A stretch of DNA of 64,000 bases from Lingula anatina (Eukaryota; Animalia; Brachiopoda). Shown piece after piece: positions 22,857-36,100 of the stretch. The notes below the pieces were generated by a model, which worked only from the letters and a program-made list of their open reading frames with translations, had not been told where the DNA came from and did not search any database. The stretch covers positions 11,532,001 to 11,596,000 of the forward strand of contig CM120641.1 in assembly GCA_051362555.1 (NCBI GenBank), written 5' to 3'. Positions within the stretch are counted from its first letter, which is position 1. Each line of letters begins with the position of its first letter. A program made the position numbers and the translations under genes.

Positions 22857-25800
22857 ATGATGATGAGCACTTGTCTCAGGTATTTTTGATTGAAATTTTC
22901 AAAGTATAAGCACGTATGCTATCTTGAGAGTTTTGAGACTGGATTTTACTGACTTGACTGCAACAGTGCAGGCATCGTTTTTCCCCTTTAAAATGCGAAA
23001 TGAAATATCTTTGCACGTAATTTTATACCTGAGACAGATTTTTAAGAAAAAGATGTTTCTAATATTTTGTGCTATTCTTCTTTCGGAAAAGTGCTTCAAT
23101 CTCTTCAGTTAGCATTTTTATTTTTAAGTGGACAGCTACAGTACCAGTAAGCTTAAAAAGCAAAGTTATATATGCATGTACATAATTGATTCTGGTAAGA
23201 TATAGCAGAAAATACTATAACATATTTATCACTTTTAATTTGTTAATCACAAGTCACTGGAATCAGATCTTTCAGCCACACGATTGAATGCAAAAGTACT
23301 ACTATTAGCATTCTGTTTACCGTGAAAAAAAGACTGGCAACTTTTAGACAACACCAGATTCAGTGCATTGTGTTTGCTGAAATCATAAAGAGCATTTGAA
23401 ATAAAGAATTAAAAATATATAACATAACAAATAATTTATAGCTTAATGTCTTTATGGCATTTATTCATCATACTAAAACCTAGCCCTAATATATTATAAT
23501 GAGTAACTTAATTGTTCAGCTTATTGTTAAACTAAAAGCTACATGTATAAAATGCTGCAACAGTGCTTAATTTTGAATCACTGAAACATTTTACTTCTAA
23601 CTACCTCAGCTGGGTTTGTTCATCAATTACGGCATACTGAAGTGACACATTTCTTAACAAAACCATACATCTTAAATATTTTACAACAAAAATAGCAGCA
23701 ACATATCTTGATTTCAAATGAAATCCTTCTCCAAGCAAATGAAAAAAGTACACCAAAATTGGTTCCAGGTAAAAGGTCTATAGCTCCTTGTTTCCCTTTA
23801 TTTCAGATGTAATTCACTGTTGAAATATGTAAAATTTGTACCACTTTTCAAAGTGAAACCAAGTTCACTTATGGATACAGTATTGCTGAATTCACTGAAA
23901 CAATCATTAACAGTCTTAGGTGGTTTTAAATTTATCAAAAAGTTGTGACTTATTTTTAGATTTATGTTTATGTGAACGTCCTTGTCTGTAGCATGTAAAG
24001 TGAAAATATATAGTTTGAGGTTCTTGTATGATAAATACATATCACAAATGCATTTTACTTCTGGACCACCAATTTCCTTAGAATTGCCCCTTTATGATAC
24101 TGATGAAAATTATTTAGGTACTTACCAAGATCAAAACTAATTTTTGAGTTCATAAAATTTTCTTTTTTTTTCTTTTTTGGTGATTCTAACTTTCACAGTA
24201 TTTGGTAATACTGTCACTGTATTACCAAACAGTATTTTAATTGAAATACACTCATTATATTTCAGAACAAAGCAGCCATTATTTACTCAAAATTCTGGCA
24301 AAGCTAATTACAATGGAATTGAAGTAGTGCCTGGAGTGGTGTGGCAAGGTTGGGAACCTGGTCGAGAATATACTAAAAATATTACTCTGAAGAATGTCAA
24401 AGTGAAAACACAAAAGCTAAAGTACAGGTAAATACCATTTATACAATTCAAATATTTAGTATTATAGGACATGAAATACAATTATCTTTTTATGTGCAGA
24501 TTCATTGTGTTTACAAAACTGTGTCATTTCATTTACTATTGATGTAAATAAATTAATTTTGTGAGGTAAATTATGTAAGAACATCAAATTTTGCTTTATG
24601 TGGAAGGAAAAAAAAGACCACAAGAAAATACAATTTATAGAACATATGATATTTGAAATGACAGTTTTATGATTTAAATCTGTTTTTCAGTGCGCCATCT
24701 ACCAGATTCTTTTCCACATTGTATCCCAAACCTATTGTTCTCAGTGCAGGAACCAGTTTTACATTGCCTGTTACATTTAGACCTTTGGAGAAAAATGAAT
24801 ATGAAGATAAAATTGAATTTGAGTGCACTGTAAGTATAGTCTGATGGATATAATCTCTAACACACCATAAAATATTTTTGAAAAATTACTTACTTTTTAA
24901 AGAATGTGTGTCATGATTAAAATGGTGTTTTTTTATTTATTTGAATTGAATTAATTTTTTTTTACTTTATTTCAGGAGGGGAACTTTGAAGTCCCTATCA
25001 AGGCTGTTCTGCCTAAGTTTGAGATTGCTTTGCCAGAACTTCTCAATTTTCAGATGTGTGCAGTGGAAGATCAAATACAACTTACTTTTGAGCTAAAAAA
25101 CACAAGGTAACGGTTGTACAATTTTATGATAGAAATAAGTAAAGTGAGTGTTTCTGTTTGAATGAACCTGGAATAAGTATTTGTTGTGGAGTTACAGGGT
25201 ATTTCATTTGTAATGTGTTTATGAAATGCAGTGAATGACTCTGAATTCATGATATTGAAAAGTGCTGTAATGTATCCATGTGACTTGTTTTATTTTCAGT
25301 GAGTTATTTACACCATTCCAATGGGAAGTTGAAGATCCCTTCATCATTGAACCAAGTGAAGGAGCTTTAGAACCCTTTACTTCATGTGTCTTGACAGCCA
25401 CATTTAAACCAAAGGTAAGAATAGGTAGATAAACCTAGATAGCATTATATTTTACCTGGCTAAGGTTTCTGGATGTATACATTAGTTTCGCCCTGAGTTT
25501 TCTAGTTTACTAGAACCTTTTTCTTTATCAGCCAGCCTCTGTGGTTGACTGTGATGACAGGGGTATGTCAATAAAATGGGTTTGGGTTTCGAGTAAACTC
25601 TAAAGCTCAGGTACATAGGTGGATAAAACAATCCATTTAAAGTTTCTATTTGTGTCATAACACACCTGTACTGTGTAGCATATGGCTGGTTAATTAAGCT
25701 ATGGTCTTATTCAGTGTCTAGTGTTCACAAAGGTTCATGATAAGAAACATTATGGTTGTTTATATTTTTTCATTGCAGGGTGCCTCAGTGTATGTGGCTG

Positions 25801-28800
25801 AAGCTGTTTGCAAATATGGTGCAGAGTTTACGGAGGCTCAAGGTTTAAAACTGAATGGCATAGGTATGATCATTCTTTTGTTTGACCTTCGAGTTAAAAT
25901 TCACTGTCAGCAGAAGTCACCATTTTTGGTGGAAAATCTTGAAGTAAGCAAAAACTTAGATGATTCTGAAGTCAGCTGCAGCTAACATTTCTGTCTAAAC
26001 AAGATGTTTTGTGTATAATTCTATGCATTTATTTTTGAAATCATTCATGCATATCTTTGCAATTATGTATTCAGAGATAAGAGGTTTTCAAACTTTTTCA
26101 TGATTACTTCAGCTAAGCACATTAGTTGTACAGCATCAGGATATGCAGCCTAAATGAGATAAGGATCGAAGTTCTTCAGGAGGAGAAAATCCATTCCTAA
26201 AAAGATCATGATGGTATTTACATGGACATTTTCTGTTACTTAAATTGATTGTTTTTCTCCCACAGGGAAATATCCCCATTTGTTAGTATCCAGTGATGGT
26301 AAACCAGTTGAAGAGTTGAACAGAGATGACAAAGAGGCTGTGGCACATTTTGGGGAGATCCCAGTGGGCAAAAGCGTGGAGAAATTTGTGGAGCTGCATA
26401 ACTTGTCACCCGTAAGTGTTCAGCATTTGGTCAGCTCTTATAGACTGATCAATGTTTAATCAACCATTTCACTAAGAAACATTGGGCTATTCACATTTTT
26501 AAACCAAACAAGTCAGCTTTGATTTCAAAGCTGTTCATGTCGACTTCATATGTATAAATTAGATGCATATTGAAATGTTTGATTATTTGTGTAATAGATA
26601 CAGTGATATGTAGTAAATGATTTCCAGGTCAGATCCTCGTTCTCATTGCTGCAGCCTGCCAGCAGTATTACCATGCTGGAATTACTCTGAATACATACAT
26701 GTATTAAGTAAATGTATTTCAGGTAAATGCTCCATTCTCAGTACAGCAGCCTGCCAGCAGTATTTCCAGGATAGACTGTGTCTACAGGTGTCCTCAGAAA
26801 AATGGAATTGTCCCACCAATGAGTTCTGTGAGAATTCCAGTAAGTATCCTTGACATACTCTATGGATGAGTCTTATTTGAATTTTCTCTATTTCTTTAAG
26901 ATTACAGAGATTTAAAGTAATATTCTTATATACTGTAAGTAGCTGTGAATCGTACTTTTTGACATAAACATTCAAAGTGATATAACTTAAAAATAGAATT
27001 TTGTGAGAAATCACAACTTATTTGTAAACTCATTATATATGCAATTTTATGAAGTTAAAATTTATATGAAAAACTTTCCAGCCATTCATAATTTTCATCT
27101 GTTTTAAGGCAAAGTAATGGAAATTTCTTTTTAGATCTACTTCTGCCCTAACACAGTGGGAACAACAAGTATAGACTACTTCCATGTCTCTGCCATTGGC
27201 AATGTCAGCAAGACTGTCATTAAGTGTATGGGTTCTTCTAGAGGTAAAATCAATTTATTGACTTTTCTTAAGGAACATTTTTTCTTTTTTTATGATTTCT
27301 TTTTAGAAACTAAATTCTTAGCCCATAGAATGCTATGAGATTGATGCTACCCTGGAATGTCCTTCATTTCTTAATATAGAAAAAAATATTTTAAAAACCT
27401 ATATTAAGGAAAACAGATTGCAAGGATGCATGCTTTATGGAAAATTATTTTAGTGCTAGTAAAAATGTTTGTAAAAATACAAAGTAAAAAAGAAAAAACA
27501 CATCAGAAGATTTGTTTAAAATGGTGAGTTACAATATGTATTAGATGCCTTAAAATCAAGAAATAAAGGATAAAAATAAATTCAGTGTAAATTTCCATTT
27601 TTTTAGGTCCAGCAGTTGAGCTGAGTACAAGTGTGATCAACTTTCTGCAAATAGATATTGGGGATACGTCCACCAGGTCACTGGAGATCAGGAACAAGTC
27701 TGACATAGAAGCCACCTTCCAGGTAATAACTGTTCTCATGAAACTTCACAAAATATTCCTGAACCATGACATCATGATCTGATTTGGCTTTGATACAATC
27801 ACTTGCCAAGCTTTCAGGCTTGTGAAGTCTTTCTATAAGTGAAAATGACTTCATTAGATCTTATTTTAAAAATATTAACATAAATACTCATGACTGATTT
27901 TCGAAAGTTTGTTATTAGAGCTTTTGGCCATCACCCATTTGGATGTGTGATGTTGTTGACATCTTTTATGGTGAATACTCGAAAAGTTCTGTCTGTGTGA
28001 TGGTAATTGATCACTCCATGTTTATTTACAGTTCATGCTTGACTGCAATGAGAGTGTCTTCAAACTGGACAAGGTGTGCGGTACATTGAAGCCAGACTCT
28101 TACACAAAAATAGTGTTGAAGTTTCAGCCCTCACATCCAATAAATTACTACAGGAGAGTTGTCTGTCTGGTTCAAAATCAGGTGAGTTTTTGAGTAACAG
28201 CACATGATAATGTTACTGATATATTATTGTGTGTAAGTCACAGATTGTTTTATCATTTTAGCATAGAATGTTCTATTACATCAATCTTGTGTCTGTAATG
28301 TTAGTCCTGAACTTGTATGTTATGAGTTTACTTCACTAATATTAGACTTTATGCAGAGAAAATTTAGTGAAAACAGATTTTAGTGCTGGAGCCTTCTTTG
28401 GAAAGTTTTGCAGTTTGTTTTAATTAAAAAAACAACTTTTTTATCTAGGGTCCTTTGTTCTTGGATCTTTTGGGCACATGTCATTCTGAGACAATGAAAC
28501 CAGCTGTATTACAGTGTAAACATGTGGAGAGACTGAGGGTTCATACCCAGAGAGGATTGTCATTCTTTCCACCTGAGGTAAGGAACAATAATGGTACAAA
28601 TAGAGATAATGATAATGATTTTGGTAATAACAATAAAAATCAAGGTCCTGGAAATGAAGTACAGTTCATCATGTGTAGATCAGATTGTGTTTTATATGTT
28701 ACACATCATTTTTGCAATATTTTGTTTTTACTATTTAAAAAGTAACAAAGGTGAAAATGTTAATTTTGCTAGTGCACTTCATTTTACAATGTTTATCAGT

Positions 28801-31800
28801 GTGCTTTAATAATGTTTTGTAATATGAGTTCAGCAGACACTCATTTCTGTATGTTTCTTTCAGCAATTGAATGAATTGTTGAAGGCAGGCAAACTTGAAA
28901 AGGACCAGTCAGGAGCACTCATGGCTCATCAGGTAACAATGCCACAGTTTCATCCTCTTTCATACATTGTTTCAATTTTAATTTTAGTAAACATAAGCTC
29001 TATATGTATTTTAGTTTTTCACACAACTTGCCAAATAATTTGATTATTGATGGCAATTTTGCACAACAAAAATACATTCCTTATTCTCTTTTATTTAAGT
29101 ACTAAGTAATTTCAGAAACTGACCAATAAACTTGAGAAGAAGTAGAGAAATCATTAATTATGGCACTTTTTGGCTGCTGATGATGAATTTTTATGGAAAT
29201 TGTTTTATTTCCTATCAGTCAGAGGCTATTGATCCTGTGAATTATCCAGTCCCACGCATTCCACCCATGGATGAATTCTTCAATGATGGATACTACTCAG
29301 ACATTGTGGTAAGGTTACACACCCTTAGATGTACAAAGAAGGGGGGTTTAAGAGGAAATATCTGCAAGTACAACAAATCATTATCTTGTGCCACTGAAAA
29401 ATCTTTATTTCCTACCATATCAAAGGACAACATAAGTCATAGTCAAACACTGCTGAAATGTGACACCAGAATGAAGAAATTGGAAATGTTTCAATTTCCT
29501 CTTAATATCCATTACAAGCTGATATCAATGACACCCTCCTTTTTTTGTTTCAGCACACTGTCCCCCATGCCAGCACAGACATGCATATTGCTGACTTTGG
29601 GAACATCACCAACTGGAGAGTGACTGAGCAAAAAGTAAGTATTAGAATTACAGTTACTATATGTTATATTATTATTGATTTTTATGTTCCATTAAAGGCG
29701 TGCTTTCTTACAAATTGTCATAGTGTGTTATATCGCAATGAGTAGGTTTTGGACAAAGTCTATTTTAAATGTGTAAACTATAGTAATGGATAAATTACAC
29801 TACAGCCTTTTGTTCTTATTCTGTATTGTTCTTAAATTAGCTGCTATATTTTAACGTATAATTTGTTTCATTTTTCCAGAGTTTCAATATTACCAATCAC
29901 ACAAAAGGCAAGGTGACAGTGCAATGGATGGGAGGTAATACAAGACAACCAAGAAATATAGTGTGATTGCCATATCGTTTTAACACCATTATAGAAATAT
30001 TTAACCATCATTATTGAACAGTATTCTTGCTAGCTTTTAGATAATGTTTAATTTATGTGGAAATTGTTGATTATTCATTTAAATAGTCAGCAAACAATAC
30101 TGTTTCTTAAAATTTGTGTGTCCTTTCTTCAGGGGAAGACCATGTGTTTTCTGTTGTACCATCTTCCATGGATATCCCTCCATTAAAAGCTTGCTCCTTC
30201 AGGGTTAATTTCAAACCAGTAAGTTCATGCTTATTTGTTGGAAAAAAAATTAGAATTTTTCTTTCAATCTGTATTTGTTAAAGTTATTAACTGCTCTGGT
30301 AGCAAGGTGGAATATAAACCTTCACATCATGGGGTAAAACAAAGTGCTAATAATTACAATGAATCAATTTTTTTTCAAGTTTGAAAAGCACAATTTTAAT
30401 AATATCATTGGTTATTTTCAGAATGCTCCAAATCAGTTTTATGGGGCTGAGCTGGAGTGTTATGTGTACTACAAGAGTATGCGTGACTACAGGTTGGTGG
30501 AGGACACCACTCACTGTCCACCCTGGTGTATTACACTCCAGACCACAGGTACAGCCACCTCATATACTTGCATAGATTAAGAGTTATTGCATATAAGCTA
30601 GTATGCTGTGTGAGCTACTAATGACAATGTACATATAATGTAAAAACAGTAAGTATTTAAAATACATCAATGCACAGATGTTAGATATTCCTTAAAGTAA
30701 GTGACAGTGCATGTATAATGTATAAGGGATTTATTTTCTAACAATGTAACATGCACTAGAATTATTGTTATTTTCATTGATTAATTTGGGAAACAATTAC
30801 CCTTAAGCTTAGAATCAGATCTGCTGGAATTAAACAGTGAACGTTTTCTTGTATTGTTCCATTTAGATGTAGCACCTTTTATTAAACCCTTTCAATGATT
30901 TTTTTTCAGGACACACCTTTATGCCAAACAATGAAACTTTCCTACCAAGAGTCACTTTGGACACAGAAAAACTTGTTTTCCCTGCAGTGAATACTAATGA
31001 AGCAACTTACAGAACTCTGCTGCTGTCTAATGTTGGGACTACCCCTGTATTATTTGACTTTGAGAAAGACAAGTCAGATGTCTATTCTATGAAGCCGACC
31101 AAGGGTTTGTTGACCACAGAACACCAAATGTTTGTTGTCAGAATGCTCCCCAAGGAGGTGAAAACTTACAAACAAGAACTTAAACTATGCTTGAATGATG
31201 CAGAGAAAAATACCAAGGTAGGAATAAAATAAAAAAACAGTAATATGTATGTTCTATCTGAAAGATCACTTGAAAGCCTTGCATGTATTACAGGGAAATT
31301 CCTTACTATATGAATTGGCACTTAGATTCATACTGTGTTTTTTTTTTTTGCATAATTTGCCATCGCTAACTGAAATTTGTTGACACTGATTGATTGATAA
31401 AAAAGAACCTCAGTTCTTCATTACTCCTTGTTATATATTTATAAATATAAATATAGTTATTTCCTGACATGTTGTTATTCCCACTGGTGTTTGGTTTATT
31501 GCAGCAAATATTGGCCTGGGGGTCTGCAGAATCCCCCAACATTTTACTGGATAATGGAGGAGTGGTTTACTTTAAACCAACCTGCATTGGGACTGCCTCT
31601 CATGTCCAGTACACAGTGAAAAACATGTCAAGGATTCCACTCAGGTCAGTTCATGATGGATTGGTCCTTATATAAAACACGGGACACCAGACATTCTGCA
31701 TTGTCAGTTAAATTTACTTATTGATGACATTTTATAAAATAAGACAAGCAACATCCGACATTCTGCATTGTCTGTTTCATTTTTGATGACATATATTCAT

Positions 31801-33064
31801 AAATGTTCCTGGGCACTGGTGTATAAATGTAATCTATGCCAATCACAATTGTTTCAAGTGGAAGTACTTTGACACATTCTCTCCCTCATCCAGTGTAGAA
31901 TTTCCAGTTTCAGTAACCATATGTATTGTTAGTAAGCTGGATGGTACATGTGTATTAATAATTTCAGGTTTGAGTGGAAGCTGAAGCACTGTGATGCCAA
32001 GGTCCTGTCAGTGACACCAGAGGAAGGCTTGATACTACCCAATGAATCACAGGTACTAACACTGCACTGGTACCAAAACCAATACAAAATATTGTACAGT
32101 TTTATACAAGTATTTGACATCACATGTGCACTTGATGATACAGAGACAAAACACTGGTACTTAATATCAGTATATGGCCAGCTACCTACTATGTGTTTGC
32201 TTCTGTTGAATTAAATTTCAAGATATGAAAACACTTGCCTAGAGTTCATTGAAAGGAGTGACAGCTAGATTACAATGCCACATCATTCACTTGTACTTTG
32301 AAAAAAAAATGTTCTGCAAACACTGATATTGTATCTTTGTGTTCATCTGTCCCTTCAGGTTCACACCTGGTCCTTTACTCCCCTTGAAAAGGGGAAGTAC
32401 GTGTGCAAGCCCAGCCTGATAGCCTGGGGGCAGGGACAGAGTGCTGCTTCCTCAGGGGGCAAGAAGAAACAGTTCTTGGTTAGAGCCATTGGTCAGGGTG
32501 CAGTGGGAGAAATCAAGGTATGAAATAGGGTTTACATGTTGAACCTGAAAATCTTAATGCTGCATGGGATAGAAATTTCAAATTATATTGAACCAGATTA
32601 AGTCTGTTTAATAGTTTAGGTAAACATGATGAAATTTGTTTCTGTATTTAGATTGTGTTGATAGTAGTGATGGTTGGGAAATGTACATTGTTAACATTTA
32701 GGGAGATATGATGTTTCCACCAACCACTGCACATAGCTGGCAATGCAGAATTTGATGATAAATGTTGTAGCAAAAAGGAAAAAAATCTGCTCTAAGGTTT
32801 TTAATTAATGATCTGTCCTTTTCAGTCTGAAGACTCGTACTATGACTTTGGGAATGTAATAGTAGGCAGCTCTGCCTCTCAGTACATAGTGCTGTGGAAC
32901 AAAGGAGACTGTGCCTTGCATTTCAAGCTGCAGATAGAGCAGACAATCAGTGGGCCGTACCCTGAGGAGCTGACTAGGCAGGATGACATAGGTCAGGACT
33001 ACAGCTTGTGGAAGATTTTACAGAAATGTTCTAGAATGAATTTAAACTTGCACACAAATATGCA

Positions 33065-33109
<45 letters not shown>

Positions 33110-36100
33110 TTGTGAGCCCCATAGACTGTTCTCACCATATGTAAGTAACTGATACGCCTGAACTAGAATCAATACAAAAAAGTACAGATATTTGTATTTT
33201 TTAATGAATTTTCAAAGAAAATGTTATTTTGAACGGTACACATATTTATTTAGTAATTGTTATATGTATTGTATTTTCAGTGCTGGAGCTGGAGGAAATG
33301 AGTGGTGTCCTCCCAGCACGGTCCAAGAAAAGAATCTTAGCCACTGTCCGCCCAGTGAGGAGGGTTTGCTACCAGTTCTCCATATCCTACCAGCTGGTCA
33401 CTCCTGAAGGTAGGATCTTTTCTCGTCATCTCTGGTCACTTAAGTTGCACTAAAAATACATATTGTTATGTTCATCAGTTCAATTTTGAAATTAAAAGGA
33501 GCACCACTGCAGTGTGAAAATGCTCAGTCCCCAACTCTTAAGTCTGAAAAATGAAGTCAGTATTTGAAACAACAAGTGCGGAATGAATCACAAGTAGGAC
33601 AGATGTATAAAAAATTAATAAAATAACAGAAGTGTGTTTCAGCAGACTAAAGCAGGATATGTATGTATATATGCTGTTATCTCCTCAGATGAGTCTGTGA
33701 ATCCAGTAGCTGCAGATACCCACTACATCAGTCATGTGTTAGCCACAGGTGTCTTCCCCACAATGGCTGTCACTGATGCCAGGTGTTATGGCAGCGCACT
33801 TGGCATCAGTAAAAAACAACTATGGAATTTGTTTTCTTTGGACAAGTGAGTAAACAGATATCTGTAGGAATAGGTTAATGAACTTAGTATGACTCCAGTA
33901 TCTGTTTATAAAAGTCTCTGTAAAGATTAATCCATCATTTTACCTCATTTTATGGCTTGAGACTGTACTTTCTGTTTTACTTGTCATTGTACACAATTTG
34001 TTTTGCTTCCTTTTAGTTTAAACATGTGTGTGGACTCGGATCCATCTGCAGCAGAGTTGATGTACTCTGTGGCTACAAGGCACAGGTAAGCTAGGCTGTC
34101 AATTATAATCACTAAGACAATAAAAAAAGTGTTCATATTCTTTTGTGTACATATTCATACACCAAGTGTATACCATTGGCATTTTGAGTTTAAAAAAGGA
34201 ACTGCTATGTCACTGGCATTTATTACCATTTATATGGATAGCCTATAGACCTATGCTATAATCAAGACATGATGTATAGATATTGGAGCCAAGATTATGA
34301 CAATATGCTTCTAAAACAAAAAAAGGGATATTAACATTGAACTGTGTATGTTCCAGCCACAGACGTCGACCTCCTGTGTACACGAGAGCCATCTTGGACT
34401 TCAACTTCAGTGCAGCTCCCGTAAACAGTGAACCCTGTACAGTCAGCCTGATGGTGGAGAACACTGGAGCTGTCCCTACTGAATGGTACGCTGCTTGGCC
34501 AACCTGACTGGCTCATGCAGACATTGACCATTTTTGTTGTTGTCATTGTTGTTGTTCTTAATATTTTAAAATAAACCTGTTGTTTCTGCATTTGATGGAG
34601 GTTTCTTAATATCTTATCACACTAAAAACAGCTGTATCACTTTTTAAAGATGTGAAGTGAAAAGTAATTATTCTTTTTCGGTGATAAATTCCTCACAAAT
34701 ATATGAGATGATTAATTGATCACTGTATGCTGTAGGGCATTCCTGTTTCCTTGTGACTTGCAACTGGAACTGGAATATTGGGCAGAGACAGGAGAATTTG
34801 ATGAAGATGAACTGCATGAGGTAATAACATGGAAAATGTTATACTTGCACTTGAAATTAAAGCCACATTCTACACTTTTTCCCCATTTTTGGTAAAATGA
34901 TTTTATTATTGTAATTATTTTTTGTACTTTTTAATTCGATTTTTTTTTCTTTTTTGAATTTTTTAATTACTCTTGCACTTTACAATATAGAGTAACAAAA
35001 TGCTTTTACCTTTAAACACTTAATTGTTGTTCTTTTATTGCTTAAATATGGTTATATTTGGATTGTTGCAGATGAAAGTGATGGACAATAAACTGTTTGA
35101 TGTGGTGCCCAGGAAAGGCAAACTTCAACCAGGAGAAACACAGACTATAACCCTCAGCTATAACCACACTCTTCCGGGCACTGACAGACTACCAGTCCTG
35201 CTCAAACTGGCTAGAGGAAGAGAAATCCTGGTACAAAAATGAAATTTATATAAAATAAGAGAAAATAATTTTTAAGGAAAGAAATTTATCTATAATTAAC
35301 TCCTGAACAATTACTCATATTTTTTGTGAATAGCATACATTATTGCATATACCTGGTGTTTAACCTGTCATGATAGTTTTATAATGTTAATTTACTTATT
35401 GAATTGTAGCTGAATTTCATTGGGGTAACAGTAGAACCAGAGAGAAGATACATCCACTTCCCCAGCAATAAGCACATGTTTACCCCAGTACCAGTAGGAG
35501 AGAAGAATAGCCCCAAGCAGGTAGGTCATCAATAAGTAGGTCAGATCAAATGACCACAGCTTGTATTAGAGATGATTGTACACAACTGTTCCTTTTGTAG
35601 ATTTTAATAGCATTAAAATGTGACTTTTGTATGTGTCTGTTAGTGTAAAACCTATAAAATATTATTTTTTTATATAGATTTTGTCTTCATTATATTCAAT
35701 AATTTACCATTTAATTGTCAATAGCTGATATAACAGGTTGAATTTTGTTCTTCTCATCAGATCTATGAGTTGTATAATGGAGGAGCTGTGCCTGTGAAGT
35801 TTGAGTTTGATCTGTTACCTCTGGAAATACTAAAACAGGTGAGTAATTATCCTTGTAGTTTTTATCTTTATATGTATCTAAGTGCATGTGTTTGTGCATG
35901 TGTGTTTGTGGATGCAAGAGTCAGTGTACTGTTATGTGTAGAAGATTATTCAGTTTTTTTTTTTCATTGAATATCAATGAGTGTGAGCAGCGTTTGCCTC
36001 TTAGGAAAATAAGTTGCTGGACCGAAAGTCCAGCCATCTTGAAAAGTAGCTGGGCTGAATGTGTGCCGGGTGGGAAAACTTCTCAGCCCGTTCTGAAAGT

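Noticed and set aside
29132-29623. 163-aa ORF
   Set aside because: A short CFAP65 exon with open intronic flanks, not a separate gene.
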